A stretch of DNA of 64,000 nucleotides from Malacoraja senta (Eukaryota): contig CM075994.1 of NCBI GenBank assembly GCA_038087875.1, positions 4,528,001 to 4,592,000 on the forward strand, written 5' to 3'. A program made the translations under genes and the position numbers. Below the pieces are notes generated by a model. It was not told where the DNA came from. It saw only the letters and a program-made list of their open reading frames with translations, and did not search any database. This document shows, one piece after another, positions 12,466 to 24,639 of this stretch (position 1 is the first letter of the stretch; each line of letters starts with the position of its first letter).

Positions 12466-14185
12466 GAACCAGGAACTGTCGGAGTTAAAATAGCTTCGAA
12501 AGACCAGGTCGAAAGTTGGACGGAGAGGCAATTTGTCCCATCTGCCTGGATTTCTTCACCGATTCGGTTATACTGGAGTGTGGGCACAACTTCTGCCGCT
12601 CCTGTATCACACAGAGTTGGGACAGGGAGGGGAGAAACTCCTGCTCGGAATGTAGAGAGGAGTTTACAGACCGCACCCTCAGGGATAGTCGGGCCTTGGC
12701 GAGACTGTCTGAGAAAGCTCGAACACTGAGCCTGAATCGGACAGAGAAGGAAAGTAAACTTCAGTGCGAGGAACATCAGGAAGAACTGGAGCTGTTTTGT
12801 GAAACTGACAAGAAGCTGATCTGTGTGATTTGTGCAGCTGGGCGGGAACACAGAGATCACCGCTTCATGCTGGTAGATGAAGCTGTGAAAACCTACAAGG
12901 TAAAAGCAAAACCGATTTGGATCGCATCATTGTTTAATTCCTTCTTTATAGTCTAACACTTTTATTCTCTGAATTTTCAAACACAATCCCAGGATCAGGT
13001 GAAATCTTCCATCCAGTCCTCTCACAAAGAAGAAATCAGGGATCCAGCGAATGGAGCAGCAACAGAAACAGAAGATTTCTGGAGTTCTGGTGAGGCTTTC
13101 CAGTTTCGATTTCCCTGATCTTGTGTAGATTTGATCCCTGTGATGCGTGTAATAATAGGGCAACGCAGTGACACAATTAGTGCTGCTGTCTCCTAGTTCT
13201 GGTGAGCGGGGTTCGATCCTGAACTTCGAGTGCTGCCCGTGTGGTTCACGCCTTCTCCCTGTGACCGCGTCGGATTCCTTTTCACGACCCCAATACACGC
13301 TGGTTCAATGGTCAATCGGTGGAATGTTATAATCCCTGGGAAAGTGGGTGGTGACGGATCAATGGGAATTAATGGGCACGTGGAAATGGCAGCAGGGAAT
13401 TGTATTGGGGGTAGAGGATTGATGGGTTATAACATTACCCTCACGACATTTCAGAAGCATTTAGAGAAGCTATTGAATTGCCAAAGCTAATAAAAAATGC
13501 ACAGGCCAAATGTCACGGTCAAAGTCGTAGGGAAACACAATCAGTGCCATTATATATTGATCTTCACCTTGCATTCAAAAAGAGAGTTAGAGCTCTTAGG
13601 GCTAGCGGAATCAAGGGGTATGGGGAGAAGGCAGGAACGGGGTACTGATTGTGGATGATCAGCCAAGATCACATTGAATGGTGGTGCTGGCTTGAAGGGC
13701 CGAATGACCTACTGCTTCACCTATTGTCTATGTACCTCACAGGAAACAATCACACAACCTTCAGTCTAAGAATCACATCCCAATATGCTGAACAGCACCA
13801 GTTTCTCACTGAGAAAGAGTAGCGGGCACTGACAGATATCCGAGAGGAAGATTCTAAATACAATGGAGAAAAATCTTGGAGAGATTCAAGAGAATTTAAA
13901 TTCCATTCAGGAGGAACTCTTAAAGTTGCAGCAGCAGATGGATCAAAAATACAGTGTGGTGTTTCTGAAGGTGGAGGGGTTGCACCACAGTTTGGCAAAG
14001 TGAATGTGCACAGTCGTAAAATGGTGGTGATATTTCTGAAATAAATGCTGTATTTGCCAGTAATTCAGAACCGGGTAAATGCTCTGTCTGTTCCTGAGCT
14101 GTGCTGCTGTTGTTCCCAAAACAAATGGCCTCCCGCATAATCTGTGGGATCTCAGCACTACCTGCTGTCTCCTTGGGATAAGTTA

Positions 14186-14472
14186 GATACATAGATACAT
14201 AGAAAATAGGTGCAGGAGTAGGCCATTCGGCCCTTCGAGCCTGCACCGCCATTCAATACGATCATGGCTGATCATCCAACTCAGTATCCCGTACCTGCCT
14301 TCTCTCCATACCCCCTGATCCCTTTAGCCACAAGGGCCACATCTAATTCCTTCTTAAATATAGCAATGAACTGGCCTCAACTACCCTCTGTGGCAGAGAG
14401 TTCCAGTGATTCACCACTCTCTGTGTGAAAAAGTTTTTCCTCATCTCGGTCCTAAAGGATTTCCCCCTTATC
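14186..14472 (-). mobile_element. CR1 3' end in TRIM-A intron, copy 1
   Basis: GATACATAGATACATAGAAAATAGG tail; empty site AGTTA/CTGTGAAC at 18849/18850. Confidence 0.92.
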
Positions 14473-16516
14473 CTGTGAACTTGTCACTGAGTTAGTGGCT
14501 GTTAATATTTCCTCGAAGGAAAATCTCCAGAAATCAAAATATAATTTGGAAAGTTTGTCGTATGTTCCACTTTTGTGGGAAAGAATTTTACAACTTTAAA
14601 CCGATCCGTTGAAGGCAGCTTAATGATCGTGCTCGTGGATACATGCAATTAACCCCTGTGATTCATCCACCTTCACATGCCTTCAGGTCGCCAGCACTTA
14701 AGGGGACCTATTCTATCCTAAAATTTCCCTTTGCTCTTAAATGGACCTATTCTTCTCCTAGTTATTATTTTGCTATTAACACCCTTGCAGAATCTCTCCG
14801 GCAATATTCAATTTCTGTCCCTGTGACAATGACTATAAATGTTGGGCAATGGAACATTTCTGGGGCTTGTTGTAATTTCTGTGAAACTCCTGCTGTCGGG
14901 ATGTGGATGTGCCGTCTCAGTCTACTCAGATTTGTGTTTTATTTCTTGCAGGAGGAAGCTGGTGGGAAGAGGAGGTAGGACATGCTCTTGGCTGAAAACC
15001 TCATGGTTGTGTAAGAACAGCTCAAAAATTGGTTGAGGCTCAGTTTATAACCAGCTGCTATATATTTGCAGGGTTAGTGATGAAGATGAAGCACTCTCAG
15101 TGACAGACGCTGCCTTGCCGATTGAAAAATTTGATCACCACTTTTGAAACTGACAAGAAGCCGATCTGTGTGATTTGTGCAGCTGGGCGGGAACACAGAT
15201 ATCACCGCTTCTGCTGGTAGATGAAGCTGTTGAAACCTACAAGTAAAAGCAAACCGATTTGGATCGCATCATTGTTTAATTCCTTCTTTATAGTCTAACA
15301 CTTTTATTCTCTGATTTTCAAACACAATCCCAGGATCAGGTGAAATCTTCCATCCAGTCTCTCACAAAGAAGAAATCAGGGATCCAGCGAATGGAGCAGC
15401 AACAGAAACAGAAGATTTCTGGAGTTCTGGTGAGGCTTTCCAGTTTTCGATTTCCTGATCTTGTGTAGATTTGATCCCTGTGATGCGTGTAATAATAGGG
15501 CAACGCAGTGACACAATTAGTGCTGCTGTCTCCTAGTTCTGGTGAGCGGGTTCGATCCTGAACTTCGAGTGCTGCCCGTGTGGTTCACGCCTTCTCCCTG
15601 TGACCGCGTCGGATTCCTTCCACGACCCCAATACACGCTGGTTCAATGGTCAATCGGTGAATGTTATAATCCCTGGGAAAGTGGGTGGTGGACGGATCAA
15701 TGGGAATTAATGGGCACGTGAAATGGCAGCAGGGAATTGTATTGGGGGTAGAGGATTGATGGGTTATAACATTACCCTCACGACATTTCAGAAGCATTTA
15801 GAGAAGCTATTGATTGCCAAAGCTAATAAAAATGCACAGGCCAAATGTCACGGTCAAAGTCGTAGGGAAACACAATCAGTGCCATTATATATTGATCTTC
15901 ACCTTGCATTCAAAAGAGAGTTAGAGCTCTTAGGGCTAGCGGAATCAAGGGGTATGGGGAGAAGGCAGGAACGGGGTACTGATTGTGGATGATCAGCCAA
16001 GATCACATTGAATGGTGGTGCTGGCTTGAAGGGCCGAATGACCTACTGCTTCACCTATTGTCTATGTACCTCACAGGAACAATCACACAACCTTCAGTCT
16101 AAGATCACATCCCAATATGCTGAACAGCACCAGATTCTCACTGAGAAAGAGCAGCGGGCACTGACAGATATCCGAGAGGAAGATTCTAAATACAATGGAG
16201 AAAAATCTTGGAGAGATTCAAGAGAATTTAAATTCCATTCAGGAGGAACTCTTAAAGTTGCAGCAGCAGATGGATCAAAAATACTGTGTGGTGTTCCTGA
16301 AGGTGAGGGGTTGCACCACAGTTTGGCAAAGTGAATGTGCACAGTCGTAAAATGGTGGTGATATTTCTGAAATAAATGCTGTATTTGCCAGTAATTCAGA
16401 ACCGGGTAAATGCTCTGTCTGTTCCTGAGCTGTGCTGCTGTTGTTCCCAAAACAAATGGCCTCCCGCATAATCTGTGGGATCTCAGCACTACCTGCTGTC
16501 TCCTTGGGATAAGTTA

Positions 16517-16804
16517 GATACATAGATACATAGAAAATAGGTGCAGGAGTAGGCCATTCGGCCCTTCGAGCCTGCACCGCCATTCAATACGATCATGGCT
16601 GATCATCCAACTCAGTATCCCGTACCTGCCTTCTCTCCATACCCCCTGATCCCTTTAGCCACAAGGGCCACATCTAATTCCTTCTTAAATATAGCCAATG
16701 AACTGGCCTCAACTACCCTCTGTGGCAGAGAGTTCCAGTGATTCACCACTCTCTGTGTGAAAAAGTTTTTCCTCATCTCGGTCCTAAAGGATTTCCCCCT
16801 TATC
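16517..16804 (-). mobile_element. Same CR1 3' end in triplication copy 2
   Basis: Same breakpoints as 14186-14472. Confidence 0.92.
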
Positions 16805-19800
16805 CTGTGAACTTGTCACTGAGTTAGTGGCTGTTAATATTTCCTCGAAGGAAAATCTCCAGAAATCAAAATATAATTTGGAAAGTTTGTCGTATGTTCC
16901 ACTTTAGTGGGAAAGAATTTTACAACTTTAAACCGATCCGTTGAAGGCAGCTTAATGATCGTGCTCGTGGATACATGCAATTAACCCCTGTGATTCATCC
17001 ACCTTCACATGCCTTCAGGTCGCCAGCACTTAAGGGGACCTATTCTATCCTAAAATTTCCCTTTGCTCTTAAATGGACCTATTCTTCTCCTAGTTATTAT
17101 TTTGCTATTAACACCCTTGCAGAATCTCTCCGGCAATATTCAATTTCTGTCCCTGTGACAATGACTATAAATGTTGGGCAATGGAACATTTCTGGGGCTT
17201 GTTGTAATTTCTGTGAAACTCCTGCTGTCGGGATGTGGATGTGCCGTCTCAGTCTACTCAGATTTGTGTTTTATTTCTTGCAGGAGGAAGCTGGTGGGAA
17301 GAGGAGGTAGGACATGCTCTTGGCTGAAAACCTCATGGTTGTGTAGAACAGCTCAAAAATTGGTTGAGGCTCAGTTTATAACCAGCTGCTATATATTTGC
17401 AGGGTTAGTGATGAAGATGAAGCACTCTCAGTGACAGACGCTGCCTTGCCGATTGAAAAATTTGATCACCACTTTTGAAACTGACAAGAAGCCGATCTGT
17501 GTGATTTGTGCAGCTGGGCGGGAACACAGATATCACCGCTTCGTGCTGGTAGATGAAGCTGTTGAAACCTACAAGGTAAAAGCAAACCGATTTGGATCGC
17601 ATCATTGTTTAATTCCTTCTTTATAGTCTAACACTTTTATTCTCTGATTTTCAAACACAATCCCAGGATCAGGTGAAATCTTCCATCCAGTCTCTCACAA
17701 AGAAGAAATCAGGGATCCAGCGAATGGAGCAGCAACAGAAACAGAAGATTTCTGGAGTTCTGGTGAGGCTTTCCAGTTTCGATTTCCTGATCTTGTGTAG
17801 ATTTGATCCCTGTGATGCGTGTAATAATAGGGCAACGCAGTGACACAATTAGTGCTGCTGTCTCCTAGTTCTGGTGAGCGGGTTCGATCCTGAACTTCGA
17901 GTGCTGCCCGTGTGGTTCACGCCTTCTCCCTGTGACCGCGTCGGATTCCTTCCACGACCCCAATACACGCTGGTTCAATGGTCAATCGGTGAATGTTATA
18001 ATCCCTGGGAAAGTGGGTGGTGGACGGATCAATGGGAATTAATGGGCACGTGAAATGGCAGCAGGGAATTGTATTGGGGGTAGAGGATTGATGGGTTATA
18101 ACATTACCCTCACGACATTTCAGAAGCATTTAGAGAAGCTATTGAATTGCCAAAGCTAATAAAAATGCACAGGCCAAATGTCACGGTCAAAGTCGTAGGG
18201 AAACACAATCAGTGCCATTATATATTGATCTTCACCTTGCATTCAAAAGAGAGTTAGAGCTCTTAGGGCTAGCGGAATCAAGGGGTATGGGGAGAAGGCA
18301 GGAACGGGGTACTGATTGTGGATGATCAGCCAAGATCACATTGAATGGTGGTGCTGGCTTGAAGGGCCGAATGACCTACTGCTTCACCTATTGTCTATGT
18401 ACCTCACAGGAACAATCACACAACCTTCAGTCTAAGATCACATCCCAATATGCTGAACAGCACCAGATTCTCACTGAGAAAGAGCAGCGGGCACTGACAG
18501 ATATCCGAGAGGAAGATTCTAAATACAATGGAGAAAAATCTTGGAGAGATTCAAGAGAATTTAAATTCCATTCAGGAGGAACTCTTAAAGTTGCAGCAGC
18601 AGATGGATCAAAAATACTGTGTGGTGTTCCTGAAGGTGAGGGGTTGCACCACAGTTTGGCAAAGTGAATGTGCACAGTCGTAAAATGGTGGTGATATTTC
18701 TGAAATAAATGCTGTATTTGCCAGTAATTCAGAACCGGGTAAATGCTCTGTCTGTTCCTGAGCTGTGCTGCTGTTGTTCCCAAAACAAATGGCCTCCCGC
18801 ATAATCTGTGGGATCTCGGCACTACCTGCTGTCTCCTTGGGATAAGTTACTGTGAACTTGTCACTGAGTTAGTGGCTGTTAATATTTCCTCGAAGGAAAA
18901 TCTCCAGAAATCAAAATATCATTTGGAAAGTTTGTCGTATGTTCCACTTTAGTGGGAAAGAATTTTACAACTTTAAACCGATCCGTTGAAGGCAGCTTAA
19001 TGATCGTGCTCGTGGATACATGTAATTAACCCCTGTGATTCATCCACCTTCACATGCCTTCAGGTCGCCAGCACTTAACGGGACCTATTCTATCCTAAAA
19101 TTTCCCTTTGCTCTTAAATGGACCTACTCTTCTCCTAGTTATTATTTTGCTATTAACACCCTTGCAGAATCTCTCCGGCAATATTCAATTTCTGTCCCTG
19201 TGACAATGACTATAAATGTTGGGCAATGGAACATTTCTGGGGCTTGTTGTAATTTATTGCTGTGAAACTCTGCTGTGAAACTCCTGCTGTCGGGATGTGG
19301 ATGTCCCGTCTCAGTCTACTCAGATTTGTGTTTTATTTCTTGCAGGAGGAAGCTGGTGGGAAGAGGAGGTAGGACATGCTCTTGGCTGAAAACCTCATGG
19401 TTGTGTAGAACAGCTCAAAAAATTGGTTGAGGCTCAGTTTATAACCAGCTGCTATATATTTGCAGGGTTAGTGATGAAGATGAAGCACTCTCAGTGACAG
19501 ACGCTGCCTTGCCGATTGAAAAATTTGATCACCACTTTTTGATGAACACGCTGTGGAGAGAGACATCCGCCACTAAGCGAGGTAAAACCTGTCCAGTTTC
19601 CTCTCTTCTTGTTTATAACGCCTTTATGTAACACATATGCAAACATTGCCGATAAAAATGTTACCCGCCTCTATCTCTCTACCAGTTGCCGTTCAAGAAC
19701 ATTTTAGACTTTCCCTTCTCAACTTAATCCAAGCCCTGGAGCTTTACAAAACGGCATCTTCCATTCCTCAGCCCGTTGGCCCAGATCAATAACATAAGTT

Positions 19801-19815
19801 TAATCTTAGATAACC

Positions 19816-21365
19816 TGTTGTGAGGCAAATGAAACTTTTACGCTACTCGTAATTTACTTAAACTTTATTTAAGCTGTAAGCAACTCATTTCTGTAATACA
19901 TAACTTCAAAGCTTCTGGAAAATATCGTTGATTCCGCAGGCCTCGCCTGCCTGAGACCCCACACATGCGCACACTCTGGAAAGGCCCCGCCTATTCATTC
20001 TCCCCTCCTATTTATAAGTTGAGAACGGCCAGGAGGTTTAGTACGTCTTGCTGACCGTCGCAGCACTGGAGCATCAGGAGATAATGCTGTTTCAATAGCT
20101 GGTGGTACATATATTGCTTGGTCATCAACTTCACTCATATTGTTATTCACATTTTCAATTTTAGAATTACTTATAGAAGTTTCCATAGGGGATGATGGGA
20201 GTGTTGAAGGAAGTTCACGATTAATATTATCAAGGAGTGATGGAGCTGATGGAGAAGACGGACATGGTGCAAGGGCACGAAGTGAGACAGTTGAAACACA
20301 GAAACATAGAAAATAGGTGCAGGAGTAGGCCATTCGGCCCTTCGAGCCTGCACCGCCATTCAATATGATCATGGCTGATCATCCAACTCAGTATCCTGTA
20401 CCTGCCTTCTCTCCATACCCCCTGATCCCTTTAGCCACAAGGGCCACATCTAACTCCCTCTTAAATATAGCCAATGAACTGGCCTCAACTACCTTCTGTG
20501 GCAGAGAATTCCAGAGATTCACCACTCTCTGCGTAAAAAATGTTTTTCTCATCTCAGTCCGAAAATATTTCCCCTTTATCCTTAAACTGTGACCCCTTGT
20601 TCTGGACTTCCCCAACATCGGGAACAATCTTCCTGCATCTAGCCTGTCCAACCCCTTAAGAATTTTGTAAGTTTCTATAAGAACTCCCCTCAATCTTCTA
20701 AATTCTAGCGAGTACAAGCCGAGTCTATCCAGTCTTTCTTCATATGAAAGTCCTGCCATCCCAGGAATCAGTCTGGTGAACCTTCTCTGTACTCTCTCAA
20801 GAATATCTTTCCTCAGATTAGGAGACCAAAACTGTACACAATACTCCAGGCGTGGTCTCACCAAGGCCCTGTACAACTGCAGTAGAATCTCCCTGCTCCT
20901 ATACTCAAATCCTTTTGCTATGAATGCTAACATACCATTCATTTTCTTCACTGCCTGCTGCACCTGCATGCCTACTTTCAATGACTGGTGTACCATGACA
21001 CCCAGGTCTCGTTGCATCTCCCCTTTTCCTAATCGGCCACCATTCAGATAATAGTCTACTTTCCTGTTTTGCCACCAAAGTGGATAACCTCACATTTATC
21101 CACATTATACTGCATCTGCCATGCATTTGCCCACTCACCCAACCTATCCAAGTCAACTTGCAGCCTCCTAGTATCCTCCTCACAGCTAACACTGCCCCCC
21201 AGCTTCGTGTCATCCGCAAACTTAGAGACCGTCTGACGTCCATCCTGATACTTGATAGTTGCATAAGAAGGGTTGACATCAGTCAGTTGAATTTCATAAA
21301 CAAAAGGCTCATTCTTATTTGATCGGACATACCGACGAAGCAACACAGGCCCAGGGCTAGTCACC
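19816..21365 (-). mobile_element. Gypsy/Ty3-type LTR retrotransposon 3' end (integrase tail, polypurine tract, 182 bp LTR), interrupted by CR1
   Basis: Minus strand: PGPVLLRRYVRSNKNEPFVYEIQLTDVNPSYATIKYQDGRQ / TVSLRALAP ... LRRSARRTKPP; PPT AGGAGGGGAGAA (19998-20009) abuts an LTR TGAATAGG...AATAAA...CACAACA (19997-19816). Confidence 0.8.
20295..21228 (-). mobile_element. 5'-truncated CR1 inserted in the Gypsy integrase
   Basis: Runs from KFADDTK to YGEKAGTGY*, then 3' UTR and tail. Confidence 0.93.
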
Positions 21366-21869
21366 ACCCTGTGTGATAAACCATGCCCGTACATCTTCTT
21401 AATCGGTGTCGTCTCGTCGAAGGGGGACCCGGCGCGGGGGCGCCTGCTGCCTGGTGCAGCGGGACCTGGTTCACCGCTGCGAAGAAATATAGACTGTTCC
21501 ATGAACTTCTCGCAACCTAGTCGGCGCCAGAAATGTGGTGACTCTTTGTGTACTGCCCGGTTGAGGTCTGCATTTTTCCGGATTGCATGCAAAGCATGTC
21601 ACTGTCCTTTGGTACATATGAGAATAGAGTCTAATTGAATCATTGAATTTGCACACGAACTATTAAATAACATTGCTCTTGAAGTAATATTATTGTGCAG
21701 CCTTATATAATGAACAATTCGCGATAGGACACACGGATGTATTTAATTTAAGGGAATGAAATTTACCCGAAGATGGACACAACTTGATGGAGTAACTGAG
21801 CGGGACAGGTAGCATTTCTAGACAGAAGAATGTGTGACGTTTCGGGTCGAGACCATTCTTCAGTCTGCT

Positions 21870-22230
21870 TTTTTTTGCTGGAAAGAACACTTTTAATAAG
21901 GGCATAATCGCATTGAGTGATATTGCTGGATTGATAGAAGTTTGTAAACATAGCAGGTAAAGATACTTCTTTTTTTTTCCAAATGGTAATTGTTATATCA
22001 AAGTTAGTTGTGCCTTGGTTAATTCCACTTCCGAAGATCTGCATTCTCTCATGGTGTAGATTATGCTCAGTTTCACCAAAGATACTAGAGCTCTATTTCT
22101 AATGACATCCACTTTCTGGTCAGGGCTTTGATTGGCGGGCTGAGCTCCGCCTCCCCTCAGACGGTCCCCGCCCCTTTCATTGATTGTTCCACAGCTCCGG
22201 GCTCCCCCGGGTCCTAAAGCCCGTCGATAC
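21870..22230 (+). promoter_or_regulatory. Putative TRIM promoter/5' region upstream of TRIM-B
   Basis: CCACTTCCG (ETS-like), reverse CCAAT (GATTGG ~22130), GC boxes CTCCGCCTCC and CCCCGCCCC. Paralogous block in reverse orientation at 61325-61740. Confidence 0.55.
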
Positions 22231-22739
22231 GTTGATGTCCAGCCTCACTTACCTCCTCTGGCAGCTTGTTCCATTTCCCCACGACCTTCTGTGTGAAAAT
22301 ATTGTTTCTCAGGTTCTGATTAAATCTTGCACATCTCACCACAAACCTGTGTCCTCTAGTTCTCGATTCCACTACTCCGGGTAAAAGACTGTGCATTCAC
22401 CTTATCCATTCACCTCTTGATCCCATGCACTTCAGCCTCCTGCGCTCCAATTAATAAATCCTTCCCAGCCCAACCTCTCCCTTTCGCTCTGGCCCTCAAA
22501 TCCTGGCACCATCTTCGTGAATCTACTCTGCATTTTTTCCAACTTTTTATCCTGCCTTATATTGTCCCAAGCGCTACTCTCCGCTTTCGTCTATATTCAG
22601 GACCGTTTAATGAGTAACTGACCTCTCCTGTGGTAGAGAGCGGGAGAACCCTCCATAATTTCCGCGGGTGGATTTGTCTCCTCCTTTAAAATGGTCGTAA
22701 CGAGGTGACCCTCGGGTCCTGTGGCCGGCGCTCCTCTTC

Positions 22740-22845
22740 CCAGAAGGAAGGCAGACATTGATGGTGAAATTCACCAGCGCCTTCAGTGCACCTGCACAAC
22801 CTTTGGCCGTCTGAGGAGAAGAGTGTTTGAAGATCAGGACACAAT
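22740..22845 (+). mobile_element. RTE-clade LINE fragment
   Basis: RKADIDGEIHQRLQCTCTTFGRLRRRVFEDQD resembles the post-RT region of RTE/BovB elements. Confidence 0.6.
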
Positions 22846-22924
22846 TCGCAAGTCCTCGATCATTTTGTTACACACCTTCTTTCCATCTCTCATCTCCGGC
22901 CTTTTTTAACCGTCTGCCTACAAC

Positions 22925-23235
22925 CCCCCTCCCTCCCTCCCCCTCATCTCCCCCCCTCCCTCCCCCTCATCTCCCCCTCCCTCCCCCCTCATCTCCCCCT
23001 CCCCCTCATCTCCCCCTCCCTCCCTCCCCCTCATCTCCCCCTCCCTCCCTCCCCCTCATCTCCCCTCCCTCCCCCTCCCCCTCTCCCCCCTCCCCCCCCT
23101 CTCCATCCCCCCCCTCCTCTCCCTCCCCTCCCTCCCTCCTCTCCCCCTCCCTCCCTCCCCCTCATCTCCCCTCCCTCCCTCCCTCCCCCTCATCTCCCCA
23201 TCCCTCCCTCCCTCCCCCCATCTCCTCCCCCCTCC
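22925..23235. repeat. C-rich low-complexity tract (CTCCCCCTCAT-like units)
   Basis: Directly visible; source of the Pro-rich ORF. Confidence 0.9.
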
Positions 23236-23610
23236 ACTACTGTGTCAACCAATTACCAGCCAGGCTTTGCCCTGCTCCCTTCGTTCCATCGTTCTTCCAC
23301 TTACAATCAGTCTGAAAAAGGGTCCCGACCCGAATCATCGCCTTTTCCTTGTCATATGGAGAGAAGGAATAGGCGACGTTTCGGGTCGGGACCCTTTTTC
23401 AGACTGATTGTAGGTGGAAGAACGATGGAACGGGGGGCGATGCTCCCTCACCCGCTGAGTTTCTCCAGCATTTTGTATCTACTCTGGACCCGAAACGTCA
23501 GCTGTCCATGTTCTTCAGTGGTAATACTTGACCCGCTGAGTTAATCCAGCGCGCTGTGCCTTTGTTGTGAAGCAGCATCTGCGGTTCCTTGTTTGTGTCG
23601 CTTCACACAG

Positions 23611-24329
23611 AACACTTGCAGCCGAATTACATTCATTCCCCGAGACGACAGCGTAAGCAGTGATCACTCGCGGTTCTGCAAGGGGTCAGCAATTACGCGA
23701 AAGGAAATGCGTTTTGAACTAGGAAGAGGTGGAGTTAAATGGCTTCGAAAGATGAGGTCGAGAGTTGGACCGAGGAGGTAATTTGTCCCATTTGCCTGGA
23801 TTTCTTCACCGATCCCAGTATCACTGGATTGTGGGGAAAACTTCTGCCGCTCCTGTATCACACAGAGCTGGGACAGGGAGGGAGAAACTCCTGCCCGGAA
23901 TGTAGAAAGCAGTTTACAGACCGCAGCTTCAGGGTGAATCGGGCCTTGGCGAGACTGTCTGAGAAAGCTCGAACACTGAGCCTGAATCGGACAGAGGAGG
24001 AAAATAAACTTCAGTGCGAGGAACATCAGGAAGAACTGAAGCTGTTTTGCGAAACTGACAAGAAGCTGATTTGTGTGGTTTGTGCAGCTGGGCGGGAACA
24101 CCAAGTCTCACAGCTTCATGCCGGTTAAAGAAGCTGTTAAAAACTACAAGGTAAATGCAAACCGATTTTGATGGTATCATTGTTTAATTCCTTCTTTATT
24201 GTCTAACACTTTTATTCTCTGATTTTCAAACACAATCCCAGGATCAGATTAAATCTTCCATCCAGTCTCACAAAAAAGAAATCAGAGATCCAGCAAATGG
24301 AGCAGCAACTGAAGATTTCTGGAGTTCAG
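23611..24329 (+). pseudogene. TRIM-B: RING/B-box exon (ATG 23739, donor after 24150) and short coiled-coil exon (24242-24329), frameshifted; middle exons not found
   Basis: MASKDEVESWTEEVICPICLDFF...CPEC...CEEHQEELKLFCETDKKLICVVC; acceptor TTCACACAG ending at 23610; compensating indels within the RING; exon 2 is 88 nt instead of 96. Confidence 0.88.
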
Positions 24330-24639
24330 GTGAGGCTTTTAAGTTTCGATTTCCTGATCTTGTGTAGATTTGATCCTGTGATACGTATAATAATAGGGCA
24401 GCGCAGTGACCAAGTAGTGCTGCTGTCGCCTGGTTCCTGGTGAGCGGGTTCGATCCTGACCTCGGGTGCTGCCCGTGTGGTTCACGCCTTCTCCCTGTGA
24501 CCGCGTCGGATTCCTTCCACGTCCCAATGCACGCTGGTTCAATGGTCAATTGGTGACTAAATTATCCTTGCGAAGGTGGGTATTGGGTGGATGAATGAGA
24601 ATTAATGGGCACGTGAAAAGGAATAGGCAGCAGGGAATT

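Larger units (their letters stand above)
12801..19540 (+). repeat. Tandem triplication inside TRIM-A (12801-15145, 15146-17476, 17477-19540)
   Basis: Near-identical ~2.3, ~2.3 and ~2.06 kb units. The junction CCACTTTTGAAACTGACAAG fuses the middle of exon 5 to the middle of the B-box. Confidence 0.95.
12490..19581 (+). pseudogene. TRIM-A: TRIM27/TRIM39-like RING-B-box-coiled-coil pseudogene. Exons 12490-12899, 12993-13089, 13743-13970, 14952-14974 (exons 2-4 repeated twice more) and 19466-19581
   Basis: CPICLDFF...CGHNFCRSCI...CSEC (RING); CEEH...LFCETDKKLICVIC...EHRDH (B-box 2); GT/AG-bounded exons of ~96, ~230, 23 and 116 nt, typical of TRIM-B30.2 genes. Start is ATA rather than ATG, and an 8-nt frameshifting deletion is present in all three exon-3 copies. 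Confidence 0.9.

Noticed and set aside
12490..13970. Single-base indels unique to TRIM-A copy 1 as true mutations
   Set aside because: Many are one-base changes in homopolymers and may be consensus errors; only the 8-nt exon-3 deletion shared by all three copies is treated as a reliable lesion.
14643..14978. 111-aa ORF repeated identically at 16975-17310
   Set aside because: Intron sequence reading into the 23-nt exon; the identity comes from the recent triplication.
12801..19540. Repeated blocks as a CRISPR-like array
   Set aside because: Units are over 2 kb of exon/intron sequence with no short repeat-spacer structure, and the DNA is eukaryotic.
21056..21592. 178-aa ORF as a new RT fusion protein
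   Set aside because: Chance in-frame junction of unrelated sequence, a Gypsy integrase tail and a truncated CR1.
22095..22140. MHC-type SXY module (TGACAT...ATTGG)
   Set aside because: No convincing X1 or S box, and the ATTGG is not preserved in the paralogous block near 61490.
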